40,944 nt of DNA from Candidatus Micrarchaeota archaeon (GCA_043810635.1 JBDRNY010000032.1:1-40944), one strand, 5' to 3'. Counted from the stretch's first letter, positions 1 through 9,721 are shown. Numbers and translations are program-made. The notes: generated from the letters alone by a model not told the origin.

Positions 1-635
1 GCCCTTACAAAGCATTAGTAGACATAGGAAAAGCTTATTCTGAGGCAGAAATCCAACAAATGTTAAAAGCAGGAAAATTTGATCTCTCAGGCAAAAAAAT
101 CTACTCTTGGGAGATGGGATATTCCCCCGGCTACACAGAGCTTACAAAAAAAGCCGCAGTTTTATGGCTATTGCAAAAAACAGGCAAAAAACCCCAAGAG
201 CTTACTCAGAATGATTTTCTAAATAATGGGTTACTACTTGGGGCTTTTGGTGATCGTCGTTATAATACACTATTAGCAGCAGGAAAAGCCTACTCAGAGA
301 AAGAAATCCAACAAATGCTTAAAACAGGAGAATTCGACTTTTCAGGAGAAAAAGTCTACCCCTGGGAGATGGAAATATCCTCAATATACACTAACCTCAC
401 AAAAAAAGCAGCAACCTTATGGCTTTTGCAAAAAACAGGCAAAAAATCCCAAGAGATTACAGCGAATGATTTTCTAGGCAATGGACTGGTCGGATTATTA
501 AGCAACATTTATTCTGGTAGCCCCTACAAAGCATTAGTAGATGCAGGCAAAGCTTATTCTGAAGCAGAAATACAGCAAATGCTTAACACAGGCAGATTTG
601 ATTTTTCAGGCAAAAAAGTCTATCCCTGGCAAATG
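1..635 (+). repeat. Intragenic tandem repeats, 255-264 bp period
   Basis: The equivalent EIQQM Met codons fall at 60, 315 and 579 with conserved flanking nucleotides. Confidence 0.9.
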
Positions 636-1394
636 AAAAACCCGCCTGCAATTTTTGACAAGCAACTTATGAAAGAAGCCGAACAAAAATATAAAAAAGC
701 AAGGGAAAAATTGGTCGGCGGCCCTCCATACAGGCCAGAAATTATAAAATTTTATCCAAAAATTCCCGGCAAAGAAAAACCATTGAAAATGAGCGCAGGA
801 GCCAAAATACCCGCTTATTCTCTTTTGCCTAAATCAAAAAGCAAAATATTTGAACAAAAAGTTAAACACCCGGCAATATTTGTCCTTGACACATATTATA
901 TAATCGATTTGATGGTTTCCGGAAAAAACATCCGTTCCACCCTAAAAAGATTGAAAGAGGCATCCAAGGATGGCGAGGTTATTATTCCGAAGCAGGTGCT
1001 GCGTGAGCTTGAGCTGCAGACTTTAAACAGAAGGACCCATGGGGAAGGCAATAAGTATGGGGTTGACCCAAAAACACTGCTCGTACCCCCGCAACTTCTT
1101 CAAGAGTTTCAGGAGGCAATATATGCTGACAACTCTGTGCAAATTGAAAATACATCTGTCTCTCCCCAGCTTATGGCAGAGCTTAAACAAATCCTGAAAA
1201 AAGGCTCTGAAGAGAAGGGAAGCTCCAGGGTTGGCATCGGGGATGCAGGAATTTATTCATTTTTAAAAGAATTTGGGATTTTATATGAAAAAGACGGATG
1301 CAGTCTTTATATCCTCAGCCAGGATAAGCACATTCCAATCCTTGTGAAACATTTAAACAAAACAGAAAATATTAACACTAAAGTATCATTCTAG
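1..1394 (+). CDS. Repeat protein (DUF4046-like 85-88 aa repeats) with C-terminal PIN nuclease domain; 5'-partial
   Basis: Frame is open from base 3 (PYKALVDIGKAYSEAEIQQM), so the gene starts left of the window. Repeats read WLLQKTGKK..E.T.NDFL.NGL...AGKAYSE.EIQQML..G.FD.SG.K.Y.W.M. C-terminus has PIN motifs FVLDT, IPKQVLRELE, GIGDAGI, ILSQDKH. Confidence 0.75.
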   Translation, partial: PYKALVDIGKAYSEAEIQQMLKAGKFDLSGKKIYSWEMGYSPGYTELTKKAAVLWLLQKTGKKPQELTQNDFLNNGLLLGAFGDRRYNTLLAAGKAYSEKEIQQMLKTGEFDFSGEKVYPWEMEISSIYTNLTKKAATLWLLQKTGKKSQEITANDFLGNGLVGLLSNIYSGSPYKALVDAGKAYSEAEIQQMLNTGRFDFSGKKVYPWQMKNPPAIFDKQLMKEAEQKYKKAREKLVGGPPYRPEIIKFYPKIPGKEKPLKMSAGAKIPAYSLLPKSKSKIFEQKVKHPAIFVLDTYYIIDLMVSGKNIRSTLKRLKEASKDGEVIIPKQVLRELELQTLNRRTHGEGNKYGVDPKTLLVPPQLLQEFQEAIYADNSVQIENTSVSPQLMAELKQILKKGSEEKGSSRVGIGDAGIYSFLKEFGILYEKDGCSLYILSQDKHIPILVKHLNKTENINTKVSF

Positions 1395-1397
1395 CAG

Positions 1398-2117
1398 CTA
1401 GTTTTCTGTGGTTATGCTGTAGCGAATTTCTCTCGGAATATCAATACGGCTTTCCACAAAATGTATTTCTTTTACCTTTGGATTTATCTGATTACACTCT
1501 ATTTTTTTCCTCATATGATGTATTTCAATTCCTTCAGTAAATTCATATCTAACAATTTTTCCAGAGCGCAATTCCTGCGGAAAGGCATCTCTAATGTCTT
1601 TTACAACAATTCCTTCCATCAATGTATTTTCCTCTTCTCCGTACGGGGTATATGTAATCAATTCTGGCAGCTCTTTAAGTGAAAATTTCCCTCTTTCCAT
1701 AATATTTGCCAAAAAGAAGGAGGCGGAGGAAATGTTTTTTTGCCCATTATATGCAATAATATTATCCTTAAAAAATCCAAGGCAATTTTTAATATCCTTA
1801 TATATTTCAATTTTTCCTTCAATGCCAAGAAGCATTCCTCTCTGCTTGTCAAAAATATCATAAATCATATATCTTGCAGGCACTTTGTATTTTATCGAAT
1901 GCTTTATTTTCAAATCTTCTGTAAATATCTTATAATTCTTATTTTCAAACTCTGCACTCTTCCCATCCATCTTCTCTTCCGCCATAACCATTCCTAAAAG
2001 CAAAAACCTTGTGTCCTCTAATGTCATATATCTTTTTGAAGAAATTATTGGCCCTACTGGAAGCCTCAGCGGTTTTTCTAGTTTTTGTATAGAACTCATA
2101 TTCCCCACTCTGTACAT
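1398..2117 (-). CDS. ATP-dependent RNA ligase family protein
   Basis: Covalent nucleotidyltransferase motifs: I EEKMDG, IIIa YMIYDIFD, IV EGIVVK, V GKIVRYEF. No OB domain, so RNA-ligase-like rather than DNA ligase. Start could be 2099. Confidence 0.75.
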   Translation of the reverse strand: MYRVGNMSSIQKLEKPLRLPVGPIISSKRYMTLEDTRFLLLGMVMAEEKMDGKSAEFENKNYKIFTEDLKIKHSIKYKVPARYMIYDIFDKQRGMLLGIEGKIEIYKDIKNCLGFFKDNIIAYNGQKNISSASFFLANIMERGKFSLKELPELITYTPYGEEENTLMEGIVVKDIRDAFPQELRSGKIVRYEFTEGIEIHHMRKKIECNQINPKVKEIHFVESRIDIPREIRYSITTEN

Positions 2118-2174
2118 TTACTACTATTTACTACCACTCAGTAATTTATAAGCATTTGGCTTGCATACTCTTTC

Positions 2175-2744
2175 ATGCCAAATTCTTCTGAAATCCTCCT
2201 CCTAACTTCCAACCCCTACAAATTAGCCGAAGCCCAAACTATTTTAAAGAGGTATAATCTAAATGTAGTAAGCTCACCCCAGAAAGGAACTGAGATACAA
2301 TCAGATTCCCTTTCCGAGGTGGCAAGAATATGCGCCGAAAACGCCTATAAGAAGATAAAAAAGCCCTTGTTTGTAGAAGACTCGGGATTGTTTGTTGATG
2401 GGTTAGGCGGATTTCCGGGGGTATATTCATCATTTGCATTAAAAAAAATCGGCTGCAAAGGAATTCTTTGCTTGCTGGACCAAGAGCGTCAAAGGTCTGC
2501 CCGGTTCGAATGTGCTGTTGCATATGTCGATGAAACCGGCACCCATGAATTTTTGGGTGCTGTAAAGGGCAAGATTTCAACCCAAATATTTGGGGGCAAA
2601 GGCTTTGGTTATGACCCTATTTTCATTCCAGAGGGGCATACTCAAGCTTTTTCTCAAATTTTTGATGTGAAGCAGAAAATTTCACACCGGGTGCGCGCCC
2701 TGGAGCAGTTTGGAAAATTTCTTTCAGAAAAAAATAAGAAGTGA
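2175..2744 (+). CDS. rdgB: Non-canonical purine NTP pyrophosphatase (RdgB/HAM1)
   Basis: TSNPYK, VEDSGL, GFPGVYS, GFGYDPIF and KISHR motifs. Confidence 0.95.
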   Translation: MPNSSEILLLTSNPYKLAEAQTILKRYNLNVVSSPQKGTEIQSDSLSEVARICAENAYKKIKKPLFVEDSGLFVDGLGGFPGVYSSFALKKIGCKGILCLLDQERQRSARFECAVAYVDETGTHEFLGAVKGKISTQIFGGKGFGYDPIFIPEGHTQAFSQIFDVKQKISHRVRALEQFGKFLSEKNKK

Positions 2745-2750
2745 ATTTAT

Positions 2751-3206
2751 ATGGCAAAATTGCATTCAAGAAAACACGGAAAGTCTGGCTCAAAGCGCCC
2801 TATTGCCAAAATCGCCCCTGACTGGGTCGAATATTCTGCCCATGAAGTGGAAGATTTGATATTAAAATTAAACAAGCAGGGCCATGATTCAACTTCAATA
2901 GGCCATATTTTGCGGGACCAGTACGGAATTCCGCAGGTAAGGACTATTTGCAATAAAAGAATGTCTGCCATACTTGAGGAAAACGGAATAAAAGTGCAAT
3001 ACCCGGACGATTTGCTTGCATTAATACGCCGTGCTGTCGGCATTATAAAGCACCTTGAAAAAAACAAATCAGACCGCGCCAACACAACAAAATTACTGCA
3101 CGTTGAATCCAAAATAAAGCGGCTTGCAAAATATTATGTCAAAACAGGCCGGCTTCCGGTAGATTGGAAATACAATCGCGAAAGGGCGGCATTGATAGTG
3201 AAGTAA
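2751..3206 (+). CDS. rps15: 30S ribosomal protein uS15 (archaeal S15/S13e)
   Basis: MAKLHSRKHGKSGSKRP, IGHILRDQYGIP, ESKIKRLAKYY...LPVDWKY. Confidence 0.97.
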   Translation: MAKLHSRKHGKSGSKRPIAKIAPDWVEYSAHEVEDLILKLNKQGHDSTSIGHILRDQYGIPQVRTICNKRMSAILEENGIKVQYPDDLLALIRRAVGIIKHLEKNKSDRANTTKLLHVESKIKRLAKYYVKTGRLPVDWKYNRERAALIVK

Positions 3207-3227
3207 TGCTGATATTGAAGTGATAAT

Positions 3228-3833
3228 ATGGCTGAAGCAAAACCAAAAAAGAAAAAAGCACGCGTTGTTGACAAATGGAAGCTCAAATCCTGGTATACTA
3301 TCAAAGCACCTGAAATATTTGAAGGCAAGGAAATAGGGCAAATAGTCGCAATGGAAGAGGAAACTTTGAAAAACAGGATAATACGCTCAGGCTTGGGAGA
3401 ATTGACCGGCTCATTTTCATCAGCAAATGCATTCACCTCAGTATTGATGAGAGTAAATGGAGTAACAGGAAAAACAGTAACAACAAAATTTATCGGCCAC
3501 GAGCTTTCCCCCAGCTATATTAAAACATTATTGCGAAGAAGGCGCTCAATAATTTACAACATCGAAGATGTGAAAACAACCGACGGCCACACCATGCGCA
3601 TAAAATCAGTCGCAGTAACCGCATTCCGGGTATCTGAAGCTGTAAGAAAGGATTTAAGAAAAGCAATTTCCCAATCCATCCAATCCTTTGGTTCCGAACT
3701 AACCCTCAACACCCTTTCCCAGGAAGTGCTGTTTGGAAAATTTTCGGCAAAACTGTTTGGAAAAGTAAAAAACATCACTCCAATGCGAAGGTTGGAAATA
3801 AGAAAAAGCCAATTAAAAGAAACATTTGAATAA
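3228..3833 (+). CDS. rps3ae: 30S ribosomal protein eS1 (S3ae)
   Basis: DKWKLKSWYTIKAPEIF, TKFIGHEL, ITPMRRLEIRKS; usual position after rps15. Confidence 0.95.
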   Translation: MAEAKPKKKKARVVDKWKLKSWYTIKAPEIFEGKEIGQIVAMEEETLKNRIIRSGLGELTGSFSSANAFTSVLMRVNGVTGKTVTTKFIGHELSPSYIKTLLRRRRSIIYNIEDVKTTDGHTMRIKSVAVTAFRVSEAVRKDLRKAISQSIQSFGSELTLNTLSQEVLFGKFSAKLFGKVKNITPMRRLEIRKSQLKETFE

Positions 3834-3854
3834 TTTCTAATTTTCTTCTTTATT

Positions 3855-5108
3855 TTAGCCTTTTTTAACTCCTGTTTTGCCGCTATCCGGCCTGTTTATC
3901 CTTACTCTTAACCTGCCGAAATTTTCCCCCACTTCGACAACTTTCATCCTGCAGTTTAAGGCAATGACAACATCCCCCCTCACAGGCAGCCTCTTGAGCT
4001 GATAGTGCAAAAACGCCCCCACAGAGCCGAACCTCTCAGAATCCGGGAAATGGAGCCCAAGCTCTTTTTCAACATCATGGAGGCGCGCATCCCCAAAAAC
4101 CACCAGCGCCCCCTTCTTTCCTTCCTCTTTTTGCACATATGCCGATTCCTCCTCAATCTCACCCACAATTTCCTCAACAAGGTCCTCAATTGTTACGATG
4201 CCTTCCATTGCCCCGTATGAATTCAGCACTATTGCCATATGTTTATGTTTCTTCTGCATTTCAACAAAAAGCTCATGCGCCACCATCTCCCCTGATGCAA
4301 AATACGGGGGCGCCATTATCTCTGACATAGTCGCATCCCCGGGTGCCTGCATTACCTCCCTGAGGCTCACTATGCCTACAGGCCTGCCTGCCTCATCAAG
4401 CACCGGATACCTGCTTTTTTTGTACCTTGCAATTTTTTTGAGGGCATCGGCGCGCCTGTCGCCCGCCTTCATTGCATTCACTCCCGCCTTGGGAGTCATT
4501 ATTTCCTTTGCATAAGTGTCATTAAAATCAAGCACCCTCTCAAAAATAATTTTTTCATCATTTGATATCGCCCTGTCCTCCACTCCCACTTCAAGCACGC
4601 TCCTCAGCTCATCCTCGGAAAAATGCACCCTTTTCCTGCCGTATATATAAGTGCCGGGCACTATTGATGATATTTTCCCAAGCACGTAAATAAGGGGCGA
4701 AAGGGCTATCGAAAGCACCTCAATAGGCCCGGAGGCAAGCAGCGCAATCCTGTCCGAATTTGCGGTTGCATAATTTTTAGGCACAATCTCTGCAAACACC
4801 AGAATTACAAAAGCCATAATGCCGGTGGCGATTCCAAGGTAATAATCCCCGAAATACTCCCCTGTAATATGGGCGGCAATAAATGATGCAGATATGTTTG
4901 CAACATTATTGCCTATCAAAATAGTCATTATCATTTTAGGGGGGTTTGCCTTGAGCCTTGCAAGGCTGTGCACTTCCCCGCTTTTTGGATTTTTTTTCAG
5001 AAGGTATTTTACCCTTATTCTGCTTGTTATAAGAAGCGCGGCCTCTGCCGCCGAGAATGCGGCGGAGAGTGCTATTAATCCAACAAGTACTGCCAGTTCA
5101 ATTTCCAT
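3855..5108 (-). CDS. CNNM/hemolysin-family membrane protein (DUF21 + CBS pair + CorC_HlyC)
   Basis: LSAAFSAAEAA, TILIGNNVANI, FAEIVPK, CBS motifs SRYPV and GIVTIEDLVEEIVGEI. Confidence 0.9.
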   Translation of the reverse strand: MEIELAVLVGLIALSAAFSAAEAALLITSRIRVKYLLKKNPKSGEVHSLARLKANPPKMIMTILIGNNVANISASFIAAHITGEYFGDYYLGIATGIMAFVILVFAEIVPKNYATANSDRIALLASGPIEVLSIALSPLIYVLGKISSIVPGTYIYGRKRVHFSEDELRSVLEVGVEDRAISNDEKIIFERVLDFNDTYAKEIMTPKAGVNAMKAGDRRADALKKIARYKKSRYPVLDEAGRPVGIVSLREVMQAPGDATMSEIMAPPYFASGEMVAHELFVEMQKKHKHMAIVLNSYGAMEGIVTIEDLVEEIVGEIEEESAYVQKEEGKKGALVVFGDARLHDVEKELGLHFPDSERFGSVGAFLHYQLKRLPVRGDVVIALNCRMKVVEVGENFGRLRVRINRPDSGKTGVKKG

Positions 5109-5155
5109 ATCCCATTCCCCTATTTTTTCAATCCGCGCCTAAAACGCCCCCTTTT

Positions 5156-5536
5156 TTATTTCCTAACTTTTTTCAATCCACATCTCGAGCACCTTTTCAA
5201 TGCCACGCTTACATCTGCCCCGCATTTCGGGCATTTTTGCCATTCCCCCCTTTCTTTCATCATTCCCTCGCTTTTTCCTTTCTCGCTCATTTCTTTTGGC
5301 ACCGGAGGAGCCGGAATTTCCTCCTCTCCCTCCTGAATTTGCCCTTCTATGTTTATTTGCGGGGGCTTTCCCCCTCCCGCATCAAAAATTGCGCCATTCT
5401 GCCCTTTTTTAGGCCCCCTGTCAGGAAAAACATATCCGCATTTTCCGCATCTTTTTTGTGTTGCAACATTTCCAGCCCCGCACCTGGGGCATTTCACAAC
5501 ATTCTCCTTTTCCTTTTTATGCTTGTGCGTCTGCAT
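5156..5536 (-). CDS. Double zinc-ribbon protein with Pro/Glu-rich linker
   Basis: Two CxxC-x10-CxxC units (CPRC..CGKC; CPKC..CSRC). Confidence 0.7.
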   Translation of the reverse strand: MQTHKHKKEKENVVKCPRCGAGNVATQKRCGKCGYVFPDRGPKKGQNGAIFDAGGGKPPQINIEGQIQEGEEEIPAPPVPKEMSEKGKSEGMMKERGEWQKCPKCGADVSVALKRCSRCGLKKVRK

Positions 5537-5600
5537 ACTCTTTTTATTAATACTCAGTGTTTATATTTACAATGCAAATAATTTTCATACGGTGGTTAGA

Positions 5601-5945
5601 ATGATACCTGGAATGGGGGGAATGGATCCAAAATCTATTGCGCGGGCAATGAAGCAAATGGGCATACAAAATGAGGAAATTCCCGCAAAAAAAGTAATAA
5701 TCGAGCAGGAAGGCGGAAAAATAATAATTGAAAATCCTCAGGTAGTGAAAATATCTATGCAAGGCCAGCTTTCATTCCAAATATCCGGCAAAGTAAGCGA
5801 GCAAGCCGGGATAAATGAGGAAGATGTGAAAATGGTTGCCTCATCTGCAAATGTTTCAGAGGAAAAGGCAAAAAAAGCGCTTCAGGAGGCAAACGGAGAC
5901 ATTGCCGAGGCAATATTAAAATTGCAAAAGCAGGATTCTGATTAA
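5601..5945 (+). CDS. nac: Nascent polypeptide-associated complex protein
   Basis: MIPGMGGMDPK..MKQMGI, IENPQV, C-terminal UBA (EDVKMVA..ANGDIAEAILKL). Start moved to ATG 5601 after GGTGG. Confidence 0.93.
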   Translation: MIPGMGGMDPKSIARAMKQMGIQNEEIPAKKVIIEQEGGKIIIENPQVVKISMQGQLSFQISGKVSEQAGINEEDVKMVASSANVSEEKAKKALQEANGDIAEAILKLQKQDSD

Positions 5946-5991
5946 GGCAAAGCTATTTAAATTATACATATGTATAATTATTGGTGAGCTG

Positions 5992-6216
5992 GTGAACATT
6001 TGCGGAACTATCCTAAGGTGGGGAAATTCATTCGGGCTTAGATTGACAAAGTCTGATTTAGAGCGCCTGAATATCCATGAAAACGAGGAAGTGGAAATTG
6101 ATATACGTAAAAAGGAGGACCCCCTCAGAGAGCTTTTTGGGGCGAAAAAGCACGAAGGCAAAATAGGCGCGGCATTTCTGAAAAAGGCGAGGGCTGAGCT
6201 TGAGCCCGGCTTTTAG
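5992..6216 (+). CDS. vapB: AbrB/MazE-type antitoxin (VapB)
   Basis: RWGNSFGLRL swapped-hairpin motif; directly upstream of a PIN gene. Confidence 0.85.
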   Translation: MNICGTILRWGNSFGLRLTKSDLERLNIHENEEVEIDIRKKEDPLRELFGAKKHEGKIGAAFLKKARAELEPGF

Positions 6217-6224
6217 GTGATTTT

Positions 6225-6584
6225 TTGTACTGCCTCGACACTTATGCATTAGTTGAAATTCACGACGGAAATAAAAATTATCTGAAATTTTTGGGAGAAG
6301 AATTCGTAATACCCTACCCCTCCCTCGCAGAGTTTTACTATGTCATGATAAAAAGGTTTAATGAAAAGACCGCAAATTTCTGGATTGAAAAACTCAAGCT
6401 GCACTCAAAACCCGTCTCCCTAAGCATATGGCTCGAGGCAGTAAAATTCAAGCATGACCACAAGAAGGAAAATCTCTCTTTTTTTGATTGTGTTGGCTAC
6501 ATGTTTTCTCTTAAGAGCGGCTATTCCTTTGTAACCGGAGACAAGGCTTTTGTGCATAAGAAAGGGGTAAAATTCATAAAATGA
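6225..6584 (+). CDS. vapC: PIN-domain toxin (VapC)
   Basis: LDTYAL, SLAE, LSFFDC, VTGD motifs; GGTGA RBS before TTG. Confidence 0.9.
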   Translation: MYCLDTYALVEIHDGNKNYLKFLGEEFVIPYPSLAEFYYVMIKRFNEKTANFWIEKLKLHSKPVSLSIWLEAVKFKHDHKKENLSFFDCVGYMFSLKSGYSFVTGDKAFVHKKGVKFIK

Positions 6585-6805
6585 TTTCAACATTCCGGGT
6601 AAATCCATGTTTTTAGGTGCAAAGCTACAATATTCATCGCTTATTTAAACATTATTTATCCATACATCTACCCCCAATAGGGGAATATGTGGGAGGTGAG
6701 ATGGAGCCGCTTGGTGTACCATCTTACCTCATTTAATCTATTTCCGCCCTAACTTCCATTTATTAAATATGTTTTCCATATTCTATATACTTTGAGGTTA
6801 TTTTT

Positions 6806-7765
6806 ATGTCTGAAATTTCTGATGCACTGGAAAAAGGGCCTCCAGACCCGCAGGAAAACAGGGAAAAAATGATTGAAAATTTTATAAATGCGGGCAAAAT
6901 TTCCCAGTCAATAAAAAAAGACGCCCAGCACTTAGTAAACCCGGGAGAATCTGCCCTGGATATTGCAGAAACAATTGAAAAAATGATATTTGATGCAAAA
7001 GCATCCCCCGGTTTTCCTGTAAACATATCAATAAATGACATAGGGGCGCATTACACCCCTTCAATAGAAGACAAGCTTCTTATAGGGGAAAAAGATGTTG
7101 TAAAAATAGACTTCGGCGTGTCTGTTGAAGGGTGCATATCAGACTGTGCATTTACAGTTGATTTATCCGGCGAGCACGGAAAATTGCTTGAAGCATCCAA
7201 AGCAGCACTGGATTTAGCGGTTTCTTCAATAAAGCCAGGAGTGGGCAACGGAGAAATAGGAAAATTGGTTGAAGAGAAGGTAAAATCATTCGGATTTAAG
7301 CCGATTGACAATTTGACAGGCCACATGCTTGAGCCATATAATTTGCATGCCGGTGCCGAAATACCTGCCATTTCAATGGATTCAAATTACAAATTCAAGG
7401 AAGGGGATGTATTTGCAATTGAGCCTTTTGCAACAACCGGAAAAGGCCATGTAGTAGACCAGGCGCAGGTTGAAATTTACTCAGTAATATCAGAAGGGAA
7501 ATTGCGCATGCGCTCCTCCAGGGAGCTTCTCCTCAATATAGTCAAAAAATACCTCACCCTCCCTTTTGCAAAAAGATGGCTCGTAAATGAATTAAAAAGC
7601 AAGCTTGTTTTGTCAGCATCATTAAAAGAATTGACAAATGCAGGCTGCATCCACCCCTACCCAGTATTGCGCGAAGCAGAAAGAGGCATCATTTCCCAAT
7701 TTGAGCACACAGTAATAATTGAAAAAGACAGTGCAAAAATAATCGACGGGGAAATTTCCTTATAA
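6806..7765 (+). CDS. map: Methionine aminopeptidase type II
   Basis: FPVNISIND..AHYTP, KIDFGV, DCAFT, NLTGH, AIEPFAT, SQFEHT plus the type II insert. Confidence 0.96.
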   Translation: MSEISDALEKGPPDPQENREKMIENFINAGKISQSIKKDAQHLVNPGESALDIAETIEKMIFDAKASPGFPVNISINDIGAHYTPSIEDKLLIGEKDVVKIDFGVSVEGCISDCAFTVDLSGEHGKLLEASKAALDLAVSSIKPGVGNGEIGKLVEEKVKSFGFKPIDNLTGHMLEPYNLHAGAEIPAISMDSNYKFKEGDVFAIEPFATTGKGHVVDQAQVEIYSVISEGKLRMRSSRELLLNIVKKYLTLPFAKRWLVNELKSKLVLSASLKELTNAGCIHPYPVLREAERGIISQFEHTVIIEKDSAKIIDGEISL

Positions 7766-7771
7766 AATTGA

Positions 7772-7858
7772 TTTGCACTGAAGAAAATACTATATGCCTT
7801 CTCCCCAAAATGCTCCCACTGCCCTATAGGAAAATTATGCCCAAAAAGAAGAGTTTAA
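7772..7858 (+). pseudogene. Orphan C-terminal fragment of endonuclease III-like Fe-S loop
   Basis: Reads SPKCSHCPIGKLCPKRRV* (stop 7856-7858); an upstream frame gives NTICL. Together these resemble the C-x6-C-x2-C-x5-C tail of Nth. No catalytic body upstream. Confidence 0.55.
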
Positions 7859-8271
7859 GTAGAATCCGGCACCCTTGCCAAAAAATCTTTTTCCTTTCCC
7901 ATTTTCCTTTTCCACAAATAAACAGAGGTAGACGGCACTTTTAATTTCCCTGCAATATATTTTGCTTTTCTCCCCTCCCCAATCATTTTTTTTGCCTTTT
8001 CTTTCACTTCCTCTTCAAATTTGGGCGGCCTTCCCGCCTTCCTTTCCAATACAATAATCCTCACTCCGGCGCTTTCAAGCGCATCCACAACTTTTTTTGA
8101 AATAGTTTTGTACAGCCCGCGAGTGATGTAAATTTTATTCACTTCAGTCATATCCAAAATTCTCAAAAACATCTCTTTGCCGGGCTTTGTTTTCACCCTC
8201 ACTTCCTTCTCATGCGGATGCTTCTCAATTTCTTCCCAAATATCCTTTCTTTTTCCTTCCAGCACCCACAT
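7855..8271 (-). CDS. DUF1699-like protein with C-terminal HTH
   Basis: LYKTISKK..ALE..GV..I..GRPPK followed by IAGKLKVPSTSVYLW. Confidence 0.6.
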   Translation of the reverse strand: MWVLEGKRKDIWEEIEKHPHEKEVRVKTKPGKEMFLRILDMTEVNKIYITRGLYKTISKKVVDALESAGVRIIVLERKAGRPPKFEEEVKEKAKKMIGEGRKAKYIAGKLKVPSTSVYLWKRKMGKEKDFLARVPDST

Positions 8272-8273
8272 AT

Positions 8274-9602
8274 CTATCCTCTTTCCTTTAATTTTTGCAA
8301 AAATTCAGCCCCTCTTCCTTCAGGCTTTTCCACCAATCCTTTTACAATAGGAATAGCGCTTGCTATTTCCCCCTCATCCACATTCATTTCTTCAGCCGCC
8401 CATTTTGCATCCACTTTTGCTTTTATGCACAAAAATGCAGGCCCCCATGCGCGTGAATTCATCGGCGGCGCATTTTCCTCCATTTTCAATTTCTGCCCGA
8501 TCACTTTGGGCGGATGCTTTACAGCATACCCCGGCGGCGCAAGCTCCTGCAAAACCGACAATCTTGCCTCATCAGGGTTTGCAAGCACTGAAGGCATTGC
8601 GCCATAAACCATCCTCGAATCCTTGTGCATTGTAATATAATACCATTGAAGCAGCCTGTATACCAGCAAATCAGCCTCATTCATTGCATTTCTTTTCTTT
8701 TCCTGCCTTCTTCTGTACAGCAATGCCTCAAACTCCTCATCCATCACCCAATCATACCCTATTTTCTGCACAAACCCTTCCTTAACCATCCTCTTCTTCA
8801 CATCTTCAAATCTTTCGCTTTCAATTATTGAACAATCTGCACTAAGCCCGCTTTCCCTTAAAATTTGATTATATTTTTTCAATGCCCCATTCCCTTCCTC
8901 CTCTTCAAGCAATTTCCTCCCCGCCTCTTCAGCCGCATGCAATGCAGCCATTGTAAATAATGCCACTTTTGTGGAATAATTCTTAATCAGCCCCGCAGCT
9001 TTTCTTTTCAATTGCACATCTTTCACTTTTGCATTTTTCCCAAACATTTTCTCAATAGCCTTCCTGGCATCCTTGTTAGCGTCAATTTGCACAGTCCTTT
9101 CCACTTCCATTCCGTCCTGCATAAGCGAAATCAATGCAGAAGCTGTTTTCATAGGATATCTTTTCTGCTCAAAAATAGTAAGCAGCTTTCTATATGCTTC
9201 AACAGCGCTCTCCCCAGCATCTGTAAGCATTTTTCTATATGCACCATTAAGCGGCAAATATTTCACCACTTCTTCATTTCCAAACTCCTGGAGCGCTTTT
9301 GCAATTTTATGCGCTGCTATTGCAACCCTTGTCCTGTTTAAGGTGAATTTTTTCAAAGATGCAATATACCTTATTTGTTTGGTATGTTTTTTCTGGTCTT
9401 GCGCCTCTTCAGCAGAATTTTCCTGCCGCTCTTCCCTCGCCCTTGCAACCAGCACCCTGAAAGGGGAATTAAACCCATACCAAATCATTTTTGCCTTCAA
9501 TTCCTGCAATTTTTCCTCCCTTTCATCTAAAATTTCAGAGCTGTTGTTGATAGCATCCATGTAGTTGTTTGCCTCGTTTGCCAATCTTAGCGATTCAGAC
9601 AT
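8274..9602 (-). CDS. DUF530-like conserved archaeal protein
   Basis: KAKMIWYGFNSPF, IASLKKFTLNRTRVAIAAHKIA, YLPLNGAY; family recognised from memory. Confidence 0.7.
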   Translation of the reverse strand: MSESLRLANEANNYMDAINNSSEILDEREEKLQELKAKMIWYGFNSPFRVLVARAREERQENSAEEAQDQKKHTKQIRYIASLKKFTLNRTRVAIAAHKIAKALQEFGNEEVVKYLPLNGAYRKMLTDAGESAVEAYRKLLTIFEQKRYPMKTASALISLMQDGMEVERTVQIDANKDARKAIEKMFGKNAKVKDVQLKRKAAGLIKNYSTKVALFTMAALHAAEEAGRKLLEEEEGNGALKKYNQILRESGLSADCSIIESERFEDVKKRMVKEGFVQKIGYDWVMDEEFEALLYRRRQEKKRNAMNEADLLVYRLLQWYYITMHKDSRMVYGAMPSVLANPDEARLSVLQELAPPGYAVKHPPKVIGQKLKMEENAPPMNSRAWGPAFLCIKAKVDAKWAAEEMNVDEGEIASAIPIVKGLVEKPEGRGAEFLQKLKERG

Positions 9603-9721
9603 ACCTCCAATAGGGATATAATAAATAAAAGAGTACGTTATTTTGGCAAAAACTCTTTTTCCCCCCCAACACTATATTTATATACTTTCATTCTGCAAGT
9701 TATTACTAAGGGAGGTATATC

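Noticed and set aside
5349..5600. 84-aa N-terminal extension of NAC in the ORF track
   Set aside because: It is mostly the antisense shadow of the zinc-ribbon gene; NAC homology and an RBS start at 5601.
5946..6660. vapBC as another cassette flanked by a duplicated nac 3' end
   Set aside because: Only a 9-bp match (GCAAAGCTA near 5947 and 6619) to the nac trailer; no coding tail copy; too short to support.
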